A stretch of 64,000 nt of DNA, taken from positions 1 through 64,000 of IMG/VR virus record IMGVR_UViG_3300008216_000009; one strand, written 5' to 3'. The position numbers were made by a program, and so were the translations under genes. Origin of the DNA: a virus. This document shows positions 17,667 to 25,876 of this stretch, piece by piece. Numbering within the stretch: position 1 is the first letter of the stretch; each line of letters opens with the position of its first letter. The notes beneath the pieces are model-generated. The model saw only the letters and a list, made by a program, of their open reading frames with translations, did no database searches and was not told the DNA's origin.

Positions 17667-18019
17667 AGCAGTCTCCTTCGCCGTCAGGGTTGTGTTACAT
17701 CTCTAATTGTACACTATAACAAGACACGTGTCAAGCACAATTCAAGGGCAATTTTACCTGTATTTGGAAATTGGTCAGTCTCCCCTGCCCGGATACCCCC
17801 GTGGACCCTGGGTGGCCCGGGGGCGGTAAGGGAAAGCTGTAGTGGCCCCTGGGCCTTCCCCGCTCCACCCTCGCTCCATCGTTTGTGGCAATGCCACACC
17901 TTTTTCGTAGCTGTTGCCCTGGGTACGCCCCACCTATGCCTCATCTGTGTCGGAGCTATATAAAGTTTTATATAAAAAAATCCCGGCCCCTTTTGGACTG
18001 GGATTCTCCCCTTTTATCC

Positions 18020-18088
18020 AATTGTCGGAATTGCTCTGCGTACCTGTATACAGGGTTGGATAACTCACATAGAGCAATTCGGACAATT
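18020..18088. repeat. 18-bp inverted repeat with internal palindrome
   Basis: AATTGTCGGAATTGCTCT (18020-18037) / AGAGCAATTCGGACAATT (18071-18088), one mismatch; CCTGTATACAGG lies inside. Confidence 0.7.
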
Positions 18089-18163
18089 CTTAGAGCAATT
18101 CTCAACCAATATTCTTATACTCCCTGCTTGATCTTATAGCGATCCCAGTATAGCGATCCCAGT

Positions 18164-18436
18164 TTAGGCATTGATAACCTTCTGGTATTCTCCGTATTTA
18201 TTGAAGTGTCCGATGTGCCAGTACCGATGCCTCTGACAGAAGTAGGCATTCATACTGGCAAACAATATTCTGTGGTTGTATTCTGCTGCAGCTTGGACAG
18301 CCTCTTCTTCAGACTCATAGAGGCCAGTCTTCTTGCAGGATCGTTTCCCTGTGTAGAACCTTTCTGTCTTCTCTGCCCTTCTGGTCTTTTTTTCTCTAGT
18401 CGCACTTCTTTTAGACCACTTGGCAGTCCTCTTCAT
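18164..18436 (-). CDS. Basic protein with YxCxxHxxWHxGH motif
   Basis: Similar motif in 26161-26382. Confidence 0.65.
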   Translation of the reverse strand: MKRTAKWSKRSATREKKTRRAEKTERFYTGKRSCKKTGLYESEEEAVQAAAEYNHRILFASMNAYFCQRHRYWHIGHFNKYGEYQKVINA

Positions 18437-18897
18437 GACCCCATTTCAGAGGCCATTCTCCTCATCTCCTCTTTCAAAGTCTGTTGCCTAGCTTTAGCAC
18501 TACTGCCGTAGTCTTGGAATTCCATATCCAGATCCTTCTTCGTATTGTTAAGCTCCCTCTTCATCTCCTCTAACGTCTTATTCAGAGTCTTAAATATTTC
18601 TTGATTGGTAGCAAACAGTTTCTCGTATTCACTGATAGATGCTGCTTGCAGATCCTCTTTAGCCTTAGTACGTGCCTGGAGCCTCTGGCTCTCATATTTC
18701 TGAGTGTCGTATTCTGCCCTACTGGCTGTATCCTTCAGAACCCCATAGGCTTCGTATACTTCTTTAATCCTGATGACAGCATCTGGCGAATCATTTCGGT
18801 CTGGATGATACTTCAGAGCCATCTTACGAAATGCCCGTCTTATCTCTTCTGGAGATGCAGTAGGCTCCACCTCTAAAGTTTTATAGTGATCATTCAT
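18433..18897 (-). CDS. DnaJ (J-domain) protein
   Basis: DHYKTLEV...EIRRAFRKMALKYHPDRN...EAYGVL.D...RAEYD; HPD motif. Confidence 0.9.
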   Translation of the reverse strand: MNDHYKTLEVEPTASPEEIRRAFRKMALKYHPDRNDSPDAVIRIKEVYEAYGVLKDTASRAEYDTQKYESQRLQARTKAKEDLQAASISEYEKLFATNQEIFKTLNKTLEEMKRELNNTKKDLDMEFQDYGSSAKARQQTLKEEMRRMASEMGS

Positions 18898-19372
18898 TTG
18901 ATTTCTCTGTTCTTGACTTGAGTTCGTCTTGTAGCAAGAATAAACTTATTGCCAGATTGGCCTGTTTCATCCTTACAATAATCCTGTCTTCAGGTTCGGG
19001 GGTATTATCAACTTCGAAAGGAACTGGAAATTCCTCTGTCATTTTATTCAGGTCTTCTATCTGTGCTGCTATGGTGTCCGCAAGGCTATCCGTTGTAAAA
19101 GTAGCTATCTCTCGGCTAATGCTCATCACTTTATTCATATCCCATCCACTCTTGAGTAGCAGATTGGTTAGTAGTTGTCTCCGTTTTTTGCCATATAATT
19201 CAGACACTTCAAGGTCAAAATTATCCAGACACTCCTCACACAGTATGGATGGTAGTGTTGATTCTAAATTCCGAGGAACCTTAAAATCTAAACACGGTTT
19301 GAAGTCAAGACACACTTCACAGATCGTAATGACTTCGTCGTGTCCGGGTTGGGGCAGGATGTCACTACACAT
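18890..19372 (-). CDS. Hypothetical protein
   Basis: Coupled ORF, CxxC pairs. Confidence 0.6.
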   Translation of the reverse strand: MCSDILPQPGHDEVITICEVCLDFKPCLDFKVPRNLESTLPSILCEECLDNFDLEVSELYGKKRRQLLTNLLLKSGWDMNKVMSISREIATFTTDSLADTIAAQIEDLNKMTEEFPVPFEVDNTPEPEDRIIVRMKQANLAISLFLLQDELKSRTEKSNE

Positions 19373-19598
19373 CTAAAAATATACTCTCCGTGCGAAGAAT
19401 ACCCCGCTTTAAAAATATCCTCTCCGTTCTTCCATCCTGTATCTCCTCCACATAAAGCGACCTCTCCACAGAATTGCTACTGATTTCTTGTAAGGCATTG
19501 AACCTCTCTTGTCCCGCTTCAGTAGCCTCCTCATAACTGTCTGCTTCGACCACGTCGCTCCAGTCCGCCACAATCCTAACTTCGTACCGTTTTACCAT
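19365..19598 (-). CDS. Hypothetical protein (VEADS.EEA motif)
   Basis: GAGGAGG RBS; promoter-like TTGACA at 19654-19659. Confidence 0.65.
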   Translation of the reverse strand: MVKRYEVRIVADWSDVVEADSYEEATEAGQERFNALQEISSNSVERSLYVEEIQDGRTERIFLKRGILRTESIFLDV

Positions 19599-19678
19599 AT
19601 CGTCTCCTCCTCGCTTGATTCCCTGTAGTCATACTACATTAATCTACTACACTTGTCAAGCACTCCCATACTTCATTT

Positions 19679-19906
19679 CTATTCTATGAATTCCTCAAGT
19701 TTTGTATAGCATTCCTCGCATTGGTATACATGACTGCTGTCTGTGGGCACCTCGTCGTGTTTGACTAGTAGCTCTGTGTTCTTCCAGTCAGTGTTGGTGT
19801 AGCAGGAGCGTGTCTCGTTGGGGAGTCCGTCTTCGTTACCTTTGAGTACCCATTCCAATAGTCTGTCCATCTGTGCTGTCGTCCAACCCCCTCTTGACCA
19901 GTTCAT
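19679..19906 (-). CDS. Hypothetical protein
   Basis: GAGGAG RBS. Confidence 0.6.
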   Translation of the reverse strand: MNWSRGGWTTAQMDRLLEWVLKGNEDGLPNETRSCYTNTDWKNTELLVKHDEVPTDSSHVYQCEECYTKLEEFIE

Positions 19907-20096
19907 TGTTTATCTCCTCGTTTTAGATGCTTACTATATATACGTACTGACCAGGAGATTCGTTACAGGATAAAAACACAATAAAAAAACACAACGCCCG
20001 TCACGGGGACGGACGCTGTGCAAGAAAAGGAGACATCCACTGTCAGGCTAATAACAGTAGAGTCTACTCGTAGTATACCGTTCCTACTTCAATTAG

Positions 20097-20315
20097 TCAA
20101 TCCCCTTCATCATCCTTTTTGGCACTCTTGGCTAGCCATCCAGCAATGGCTCCCAGTACCCCGGCTATAGCCAATTTGACTAGGTTTATCACACTGTAGG
20201 ACATTGGTCGGTTATTCACCTGTGACTGTATGATGTCCTGTGCTACCACGATAGCTAACAGCCCCAACAGGGCTATCACCATAAGGATGAAAAATGAATG
20301 GATCCCTTTAAACAT
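20097..20315 (-). CDS. Two-TM membrane protein
   Basis: Two hydrophobic segments. Confidence 0.65.
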   Translation of the reverse strand: MFKGIHSFFILMVIALLGLLAIVVAQDIIQSQVNNRPMSYSVINLVKLAIAGVLGAIAGWLAKSAKKDDEGD

Positions 20316-20655
20316 ACACCGCCCCAGAGGTGCCTACATTTTTTATGCCTTCCCAACAGACCCGGCAGTACACCTCACTGCCCTCTCTGGGGGTGAATGG
20401 TACTACAGTCGCCCTATAACAGTGATGGCACTCCACCTGACTGGTGGGAGATGGGCTACTGTGGGACTGCCTAGACCCCTCCTGGGTGGACTGTGCTTTA
20501 CGCTCTGCCCTGCAGGGTGGGCACCTCTTGGGCAGATCCAGCCCTCGTTGTGCAAAGAAGTCCTGCTCCCCTTCTCGAAGACTAAATACATCACCACACA
20601 TCATGCATGTAATGCTGCTACTATCCCTCATGCTGCTATGCTCGTCTATCATCAT
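20308..20655 (-). CDS. Zinc-ribbon (zf-trcl-like) plus CxxC-x17-CxxC domain protein
   Basis: ITCMMCG.VF....GEQDFFAQRGL..PKRCPPCR and CHHC....VPFTP.....VYCRVC. Confidence 0.85.
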   Translation of the reverse strand: MMIDEHSSMRDSSSITCMMCGDVFSLREGEQDFFAQRGLDLPKRCPPCRAERKAQSTQEGSRQSHSSPSPTSQVECHHCYRATVVPFTPREGSEVYCRVCWEGIKNVGTSGAVYV

Positions 20656-20664
20656 TGTGTTCTA

Positions 20665-21093
20665 CTACCTCCAGTAGTAATCCCCGTCTGCGTCACACAC
20701 CATAGAGTAGGTGTGGTTGGACGGACACTCGACAAACATTTCCCGCTCACTGAGCGAACGATTGATCTCCCGTTTTGGTTGTGCCCAGGTACGTGACTTA
20801 GTCACTCCCCCACACCATGGGCACTTCATGATCAAGGCTGGCATGGGGCTGCTACGATCAGCAAAGGCCAGCATGTAGCGCACCGTTAGGTGTCGCAGCC
20901 CATTGACCTCATCGTGTCTGCCCCTAGCCCTGTACCTGGCTGTGTGCGTGGTACGGGTCTTGCTGCCCTGTGTGGTGTGGGTAGGCGGTACATCCACATG
21001 CTCCCCGCACACGGGGCAATACATCCCCTCGTCATCGTAGCTTGGTGCGACCATGAGTGACCCACACCTGGGACACCTATCGGCTATGCCCAT
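20665..21093 (-). CDS. Multi-zinc-ribbon protein
   Basis: CPRCG, CPVCG, CPWCG and C..NH motifs. Confidence 0.65.
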   Translation of the reverse strand: MGIADRCPRCGSLMVAPSYDDEGMYCPVCGEHVDVPPTHTTQGSKTRTTHTARYRARGRHDEVNGLRHLTVRYMLAFADRSSPMPALIMKCPWCGGVTKSRTWAQPKREINRSLSEREMFVECPSNHTYSMVCDADGDYYWR

Positions 21094-21835
21094 GGCTTGT
21101 TACCGTGACATGGGGTGTAGGGTGGGCTACCCCCGGGGCGTGTGGGGCTGGCCTACCGCCCCCTATAGGCACCCTAGGGGTGATGGCCCCTGGGCTATGT
21201 GATGGTGTGGTTGATGCTATGGATCCATTGATACACCCCCCTACCCCCCTGGTGTGTGGGGTAGCGATTGATAGTGCATGGATGCCCCCTATGGGGGCAC
21301 GGTCTATACTCATTCTGTATTGCACCCCCCTACCCCCCCCAAGGGGCACCCCACTAGTGTTAGTGGGTGATGTGTATGTGATGATGTGATCATTGGACCA
21401 CACCCCTTGGATGTATTGTGTAATGATTGATGGTGTATTGATGCGATGTAGCCCCACTGTGGGTGTAGGGGCATTTAACCCTACTGTCCCCTCCCCTACC
21501 CACCATGTGAGGCTAGGCACCCCTCTATGGGGCTTAGTGGGGTCAATGTGACCATCCATGCCGTACCATCCATTGGATCCTCACCCATTTCTCAAGATAC
21601 TCAATATCGAAATTCTGATTAGAGCCTATGGCCCCTGGGGGGCCAAAAACACCCCCACCACCATCATTGAGAAATGAGAGAGAATCACCCCACTCTCACT
21701 CATTTCGCATGGCCTACCCTGCCAGAGCCAACCCTGCAGCATCAGCACCCCTATAAGAACTGGGGGTATTATTTTTTTTAAAGGAAAAGTTTAATTTAGG
21801 CATGGGACTCCTACGGGTATCCCATACGGGGGTAT

Positions 21836-21971
21836 TTGAAAAAAAATTTGGAATATATATCTACACCAACATTATTTTATGACGAGTCAGATAATTTATA
21901 TTTCAGTATGAGCATTGAAAAAAATCTGGGATACTTAAAGCCTCACATTTATTTTATAACAAGTTAGATAA
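21836..21971 (+). repeat. Imperfect AT-rich direct repeat of about 58 bp, two copies
   Basis: TTGAAAAAAA.T.TGG.ATA...ACATT(T)ATTTTAT.AC.AGT.AGATAA at 21836-21894 and 21915-21971. Confidence 0.7.
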
Positions 21972-22063
21972 GACTATATGCCTTTTGTGACAGAGACATG
22001 TACAGGAAGGGTTGCTGCAGTCTTTATGGTTGTTATAGGTGCAGATTAAAGTTATAGCCATTT

Positions 22064-22285
22064 TTACAGGTCGAATTTAGACTGTATATCCTTATATTTA
22101 AAATTTGTTTCTTCTATGGCCTTTTCTTTGATTGGAATCTCACTAATTTGAGCGATAGCCTCTTTGAGGGTTATGTGTTCGGATTTAAAATCTTCTAAAA
22201 TTCTATGTAAGGAATAAGGGGGTTTGAAGAAGTGGCCTTGAAATCCAAAATTGCTCTCACTTTGGAATTTCCTGGTCTTCTCCAT
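22064..22285 (-). CDS. Hypothetical protein
   Basis: Coupled ORF. Confidence 0.55.
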   Translation of the reverse strand: MEKTRKFQSESNFGFQGHFFKPPYSLHRILEDFKSEHITLKEAIAQISEIPIKEKAIEETNFKYKDIQSKFDL

Positions 22286-22543
22286 TTATAGCCCCTCCCT
22301 ACTGTGTGGTTTTCTGTACCTTATCATCTCTTCGGGAAGACCGTCCAACTTCTTCACAGTGGGTTTTTCATCGTCCTTTAAGATACAGACAAGATGATCA
22401 ACCATATGAGCAAGAGTTAACTGGGAAGCAACTAGATGTGTGGTCTCGACATGAGATTTTAACGTCTTGTCCTGCTCAAGCAATGCTCTATACTGCTTGA
22501 ACATCTGAAAGACCTTATCGTTACTTTGGATGAAACTAGTCAT
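22286..22543 (-). CDS. Hypothetical protein
   Basis: ORF in gene string. Confidence 0.55.
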   Translation of the reverse strand: MTSFIQSNDKVFQMFKQYRALLEQDKTLKSHVETTHLVASQLTLAHMVDHLVCILKDDEKPTVKKLDGLPEEMIRYRKPHSREGL

Positions 22544-22664
22544 AGTTTTACCATTTAGCTACAAAATATCGAGTTTTTACCCCCATTTTAAGCTTAATAG
22601 GCTCTAGGATCCCCTTAGAGCCGTTTTACTGGGGTAAGTGATACCTAAGTATACCTCAACCATT

Positions 22665-23249
22665 TTAAAGGACATGTTTTTCTGACTCAGTGAAGGGTGG
22701 AAACCCGTGAATGTCGATTCCGGCCCTTCGTCGCATAAATTCGATCTCTTTTTCCAGAAATCTCTGTGCTTCCGATAATTCAATGGTCGAGTCCGGGTCT
22801 CCCCAATGCTCTCTCCACTCTTCAGCCCTCTTTTTGCGGGTTTCGGTTATCTCTTCACTGACCCAGATTTCTGGGGGACCTTTGTCTGAGGATGTGAGGC
22901 TCTGTCTGGAACGTCTGATACTTTCTGGAGAAGTTGCCCTGGACATGAACCAGATTACCCATGCGCCCGGATCTCCCGTACTCAAAACTTTTTCCAGCCC
23001 GTCTTCTTTCCACATCAAAAATATGAGCAAGAGATCGTCTTCCACAACCATATGATTTAGTTTTTCTAAATTGCGTATCCTGTTACGGACATCAAATCTT
23101 TTTCTCCGGGTTGTAGGCTTGGCAGTTTTTGATTTTTTTGGTTCTGGTTCTGGTTGATCGGGATTATCGAATAATCCGAGTTGGCCTACAGCCAGTTTAA
23201 ATCCCTGTTTTCTTTGAGTGTTAAATGTTTTTTTCTGTTGAGTTGACAT
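22665..23249 (-). CDS. Hypothetical protein
   Basis: 194-aa ORF with RBS. Confidence 0.65.
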   Translation of the reverse strand: MSTQQKKTFNTQRKQGFKLAVGQLGLFDNPDQPEPEPKKSKTAKPTTRRKRFDVRNRIRNLEKLNHMVVEDDLLLIFLMWKEDGLEKVLSTGDPGAWVIWFMSRATSPESIRRSRQSLTSSDKGPPEIWVSEEITETRKKRAEEWREHWGDPDSTIELSEAQRFLEKEIEFMRRRAGIDIHGFPPFTESEKHVL

Positions 23250-23580
23250 TTTTTAAGGGACTCCTGTGGAACTCTGGAGGATAAAGTGTGTACCTACAGG
23301 TCAATTCAGTACCTTTAGGAATTTTTTTGATGGTTCTTAGTACCTTGGTTGCTATGAAATTCGATCCCGTAAAACTATCTGTAATAAAGCAGTTCGGATC
23401 TTCGCTGTGATTATAAAACCCCCCTAGCGGAGTTCGAATCCAGGATTGTGGGAATCCTTCATTGAACACATGAGAGATACCCAGATATGTATCCATTGGT
23501 ATGTCTTGAGTGGCAAATAATCCATTTCCGTGAATGGGTGAGGATTGTATAGTCAGGTATTCTGGTAATGGCCTGTACAT
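23221..23580 (-). CDS. SET-domain protein (putative protein lysine methyltransferase)
   Basis: SPIHGNGLFATQDI, GFYNHSEDPNC, IPKGTELTCRY. Confidence 0.88.
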   Translation of the reverse strand: MYRPLPEYLTIQSSPIHGNGLFATQDIPMDTYLGISHVFNEGFPQSWIRTPLGGFYNHSEDPNCFITDSFTGSNFIATKVLRTIKKIPKGTELTCRYTLYPPEFHRSPLKNVNSTEKNI

Positions 23581-23586
23581 GGCGAG

Positions 23587-23877
23587 TTAGGCGGGGATAG
23601 AACACTTCTGGCAGTATGTTCTCCCCTCGTTTGAAATGCGTAACATGCGATCAGAAACAGGTTCTTCGCATTCGTAGCACCTAACCCCAAACGGACTTAA
23701 CAGATTTGTTTTAAAAGCAGCTATAATCTCAGTACATTCCCCACAACTATGTGTAGAAAGATGGGCTATTGCCTCTTCCATGAGTTTTCCTAGATTTCTT
23801 GGTTTTGGCTGATAGTTAATTTTTCTTCCCTTTCCACGAGTGCCTCGTTTTTGAATATATGTATAGTATTTATTCAC
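23587..23877 (-). CDS. Hypothetical zinc-binding protein
   Basis: CxxC motifs. Confidence 0.55.
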   Translation of the reverse strand: MNKYYTYIQKRGTRGKGRKINYQPKPRNLGKLMEEAIAHLSTHSCGECTEIIAAFKTNLLSPFGVRCYECEEPVSDRMLRISNEGRTYCQKCSIPA

Positions 23878-23909
23878 TTTATGGGGAACTTCTATTATTC
23901 TTAGGCTCC

Positions 23910-24356
23910 CTAAGTAGACAAGATTTCAATTTTAATTTTTGCAAGTGCGAACAGGGGCAAAGTATTTTGGGAGTATTGAGAAATTGAGACTACTCTTTTC
24001 ACATTTGAATTGCATATGAGTCGTGTGCATGCAATGCAAGGAGTAGTTGTCGTGTACATCGTGAGCGAATGATCGTCGCTGCGACATTGGAGAAAAGCGT
24101 TGCTTTCTGCATGGATCGCATTGCATTTGTCTAGCCCCTCCCCCGATGGATAGTTGGCCCCCTCGCAAGGTTGGTCGATACAGTGTACAAAACCTTTTGC
24201 TACGCCATTGAATCCAGTAGCGACTATGTGGTCATTCGAATCGACTAGGACACAACCTACTTGTCTTCGTGCACAGGTTCCACGTTCTGATACAACCGTT
24301 GCAATTTTTAGAAAATATTCATCTTTGCTGAGTCTCACATTTATAGCCCTAACCAT
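23910..24356 (-). CDS. dCMP deaminase
   Basis: TCARRQVGCV, ATGFNG, HAESNA, PCIAC. Confidence 0.9.
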   Translation of the reverse strand: MVRAINVRLSKDEYFLKIATVVSERGTCARRQVGCVLVDSNDHIVATGFNGVAKGFVHCIDQPCEGANYPSGEGLDKCNAIHAESNAFLQCRSDDHSLTMYTTTTPCIACTRLICNSNVKRVVSISQYSQNTLPLFALAKIKIEILST

Positions 24357-24574
24357 TCCGTGTTTCGCTGAGCTATAAAAACTGTGGCTTCTACATCAGG
24401 ATTTAAACTTTCATCCTTGTGTAGAGACCAAAGTACCTGGGTAACGATATAATTTTCTTCCATATCAGGAAAATTGGTTATACGTACAACATCTCCTATT
24501 CGTGGTACATCGGAATGACGTACCACTGTTTGATCCTCTCCAGAGGAGTCTTTGTACATATATATAACTTTCAT
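24341..24574 (-). CDS. Hypothetical protein
   Basis: VPRIGD motif; in operon. Confidence 0.6.
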   Translation of the reverse strand: MKVIYMYKDSSGEDQTVVRHSDVPRIGDVVRITNFPDMEENYIVTQVLWSLHKDESLNPDVEATVFIAQRNTEWLGL

Positions 24575-24585
24575 CTTCTATGTAT

Positions 24586-24819
24586 TTAATTTCCCAAGTT
24601 TGATCGTTGTCTTTTCATAGACTCTATTTGATCTTCAGTTCGTTTGACACGTAATTCTATTTTTTTGATCGCATCATCGTGTCGAGATTTGTTGCGCTCC
24701 AAAGTTTGTTTCATGCCGTCTATCTGTACACGTCCACGTTGAACTTGATATTCTGCTCTTCGTATTCGTGAATTCAAACCCTGAAGTCGTCGTTGTTGTA
24801 AATACTCTTCTCTTCTCAT
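24586..24819 (-). CDS. Coiled-coil hypothetical protein
   Basis: ATGA overlap, GGAGG RBS. Confidence 0.6.
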   Translation of the reverse strand: MRREEYLQQRRLQGLNSRIRRAEYQVQRGRVQIDGMKQTLERNKSRHDDAIKKIELRVKRTEDQIESMKRQRSNLGN

Positions 24820-25235
24820 AAAGTCTCTCCTCCCACTGCGGTAAATTTTTTAATCCAACTTCGTAGAGTAGTTTCTGGAAGCTTGTAGTGCTTACGCACA
24901 ACGGCACGTCCTTCGGATAGTGCCTGTTTAACAACCCTGATCTTGAATTCTGTTGTGTACGTATGTGGAAATTTATGTTCTTTTATTTTTTCGGGTGGAG
25001 CCTTGTGTTTCTTTATTATTTTCATGGGAGTGTGATTAAGAAGAAATTGTTTGACTTTGAGGCGTGTGCCGTCAATCGGTAGGAAACGAGTGCTGGCAGA
25101 GTTGTCTCTATCAAAAGCAATAGTGACCATTACATCAGTAAGTGTGGGTTTGCATTTGGTAACAAGCCCTTCGCCAAAGGTAGTATGGCGAATTCTATCT
25201 CCGATATTGATATTCTTTACTCTTAGCTCATTCAT
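24816..25235 (-). CDS. Tudor/SH3-like plus C-terminal HTH protein
   Basis: GDRIRHTTFGEGLV (UvrD C-terminal/CarD-like); YTTEFKIRVV...YKLPETTLRSW HTH. Confidence 0.7.
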   Translation of the reverse strand: MNELRVKNINIGDRIRHTTFGEGLVTKCKPTLTDVMVTIAFDRDNSASTRFLPIDGTRLKVKQFLLNHTPMKIIKKHKAPPEKIKEHKFPHTYTTEFKIRVVKQALSEGRAVVRKHYKLPETTLRSWIKKFTAVGGETL

Positions 25236-25624
25236 GAATAGAGTTTTACCCAACTGCGTAGTGTGGTTTCAGGAATTTTGTATTTCTTCCTAACTTCGGT
25301 GCGTCCGTAAATACTAACTTCTTGAACTACCTTCATTTTAAATTCTGTTTTGTATTTTGATCCATTTGATGGAGATAATTCTGGTTCCCTTTGTGAAAGA
25401 AATTCTTCTTTTGTTACGATTTCGTTTTTTTTGTCTCTACCCTTTTTAGGTGGACCAGTCCATGAAGTTTCAGGCATTGAATTTTTAAATGCATCTATTT
25501 CTTTACATTTATTACAAGTGCCTAGGCTCCATGGGCCATTCGGGGGTTCAATGATCCAGTGGTGCGAACACGGTTTATTTGTAGTTGTCACTATCCTGTT
25601 GTGACCCTCCTTTGTCCTCAACAT
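25232..25624 (-). CDS. Zinc-ribbon plus HTH protein
   Basis: CSHHWIIEPPNGPWSLGTCNKC; YKTEFKMKVV...YKIPETTLRSW. Confidence 0.7.
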   Translation of the reverse strand: MLRTKEGHNRIVTTTNKPCSHHWIIEPPNGPWSLGTCNKCKEIDAFKNSMPETSWTGPPKKGRDKKNEIVTKEEFLSQREPELSPSNGSKYKTEFKMKVVQEVSIYGRTEVRKKYKIPETTLRSWVKLYS

Positions 25625-25876
25625 CTCTAAATTTCTTAGGAAGTATTTGCTGCACCACAGTTAATTTTTCTTCAGTTCCTGCGGCACTAATGGCAATTCC
25701 CTTACTTACGCTGAGTAATTCTTCGTTTACTGCTAATAGCCGCATAGATACCTCTAGAATTCTGTCGTTTATGCTCAGTAAATTTAAAGTAATCCTCAAT
25801 ATTCTCCAATTTAACCAGGAAAGGAAAACCATGAGTATTAATTGGACAATAAGAACTGCTCCAATAATACTTGTAT

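Larger units (their letters stand above)
1832..17734 (-). promoter_or_regulatory. Set of near-consensus sigma70 promoters, often GTGCTTGACA-N17-TATACT/TATAAT, heading the modules
   Basis: -10..-35 spans with 17-nt spacers: 1832-1860, 3718-3746 (TTGTCA), 4222-4250, 5246-5274, 6427-6455, 6638-6666, 7354-7382, 7637-7665, 8784-8812, 9659-9687, 10095-10123, 10929-10957, 11541-11569, 12374-12402 and 13027-13055 (TATCCT), 13555-13583, 14648-14676, 15352-15380, 16520-16548 and 17706-17734 (TACAAT). Confidence 0.92.
250..17839 (+). repeat. Dispersed polar 14-bp box GTAAGG(G/A)AAAG(A/C)T(G/A), 18 copies, one per module junction
   Basis: Copies start at 250, 1992, 4318, 5316, 6728, 7718, 8873, 10166, 11092, 11627, 12495, 13128, 13632, 14741, 15450, 15935, 16647 and 17826. 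All have the same orientation and all are intergenic. Confidence 0.95.
294..18005 (-). terminator. Set of intrinsic terminators closing each module
   Basis: GC hairpins preceded on + by A-tracts (U-tract on the - transcript) at about 294-319, 2036-2068, 4358-4392, 5355-5390, 6774-6811, 7769-7797, 8912-8955, 10206-10233, 11133-11160, 11668-11692, 12536-12563, 13167-13192, 13680-13709, 14781-14808, 15980-16035, 16730-16761 and 17974-18005. Confidence 0.88.

Noticed and set aside
250-17839. CRISPR array or integron attC interpretation of the repeated box
   Set aside because: The repeats are 14 bp, non-palindromic and separated by 0.5-2.3 kb of genes with their own promoters. There are no RYYYAAC/GTTRRRY ends and no cas1 or integrase in the window.
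250-17839. Box as a nut/boxA-type RNA antitermination signal
   Set aside because: It lies downstream of the terminator and upstream of the next promoter, so it is not in the module transcripts.
21057-21559. ORFs 21057-21389 (+) and 21077-21559 (-)
   Set aside because: Pro/Gly/Thr-rich translations of G/C-run DNA with no RBS; likely non-coding.
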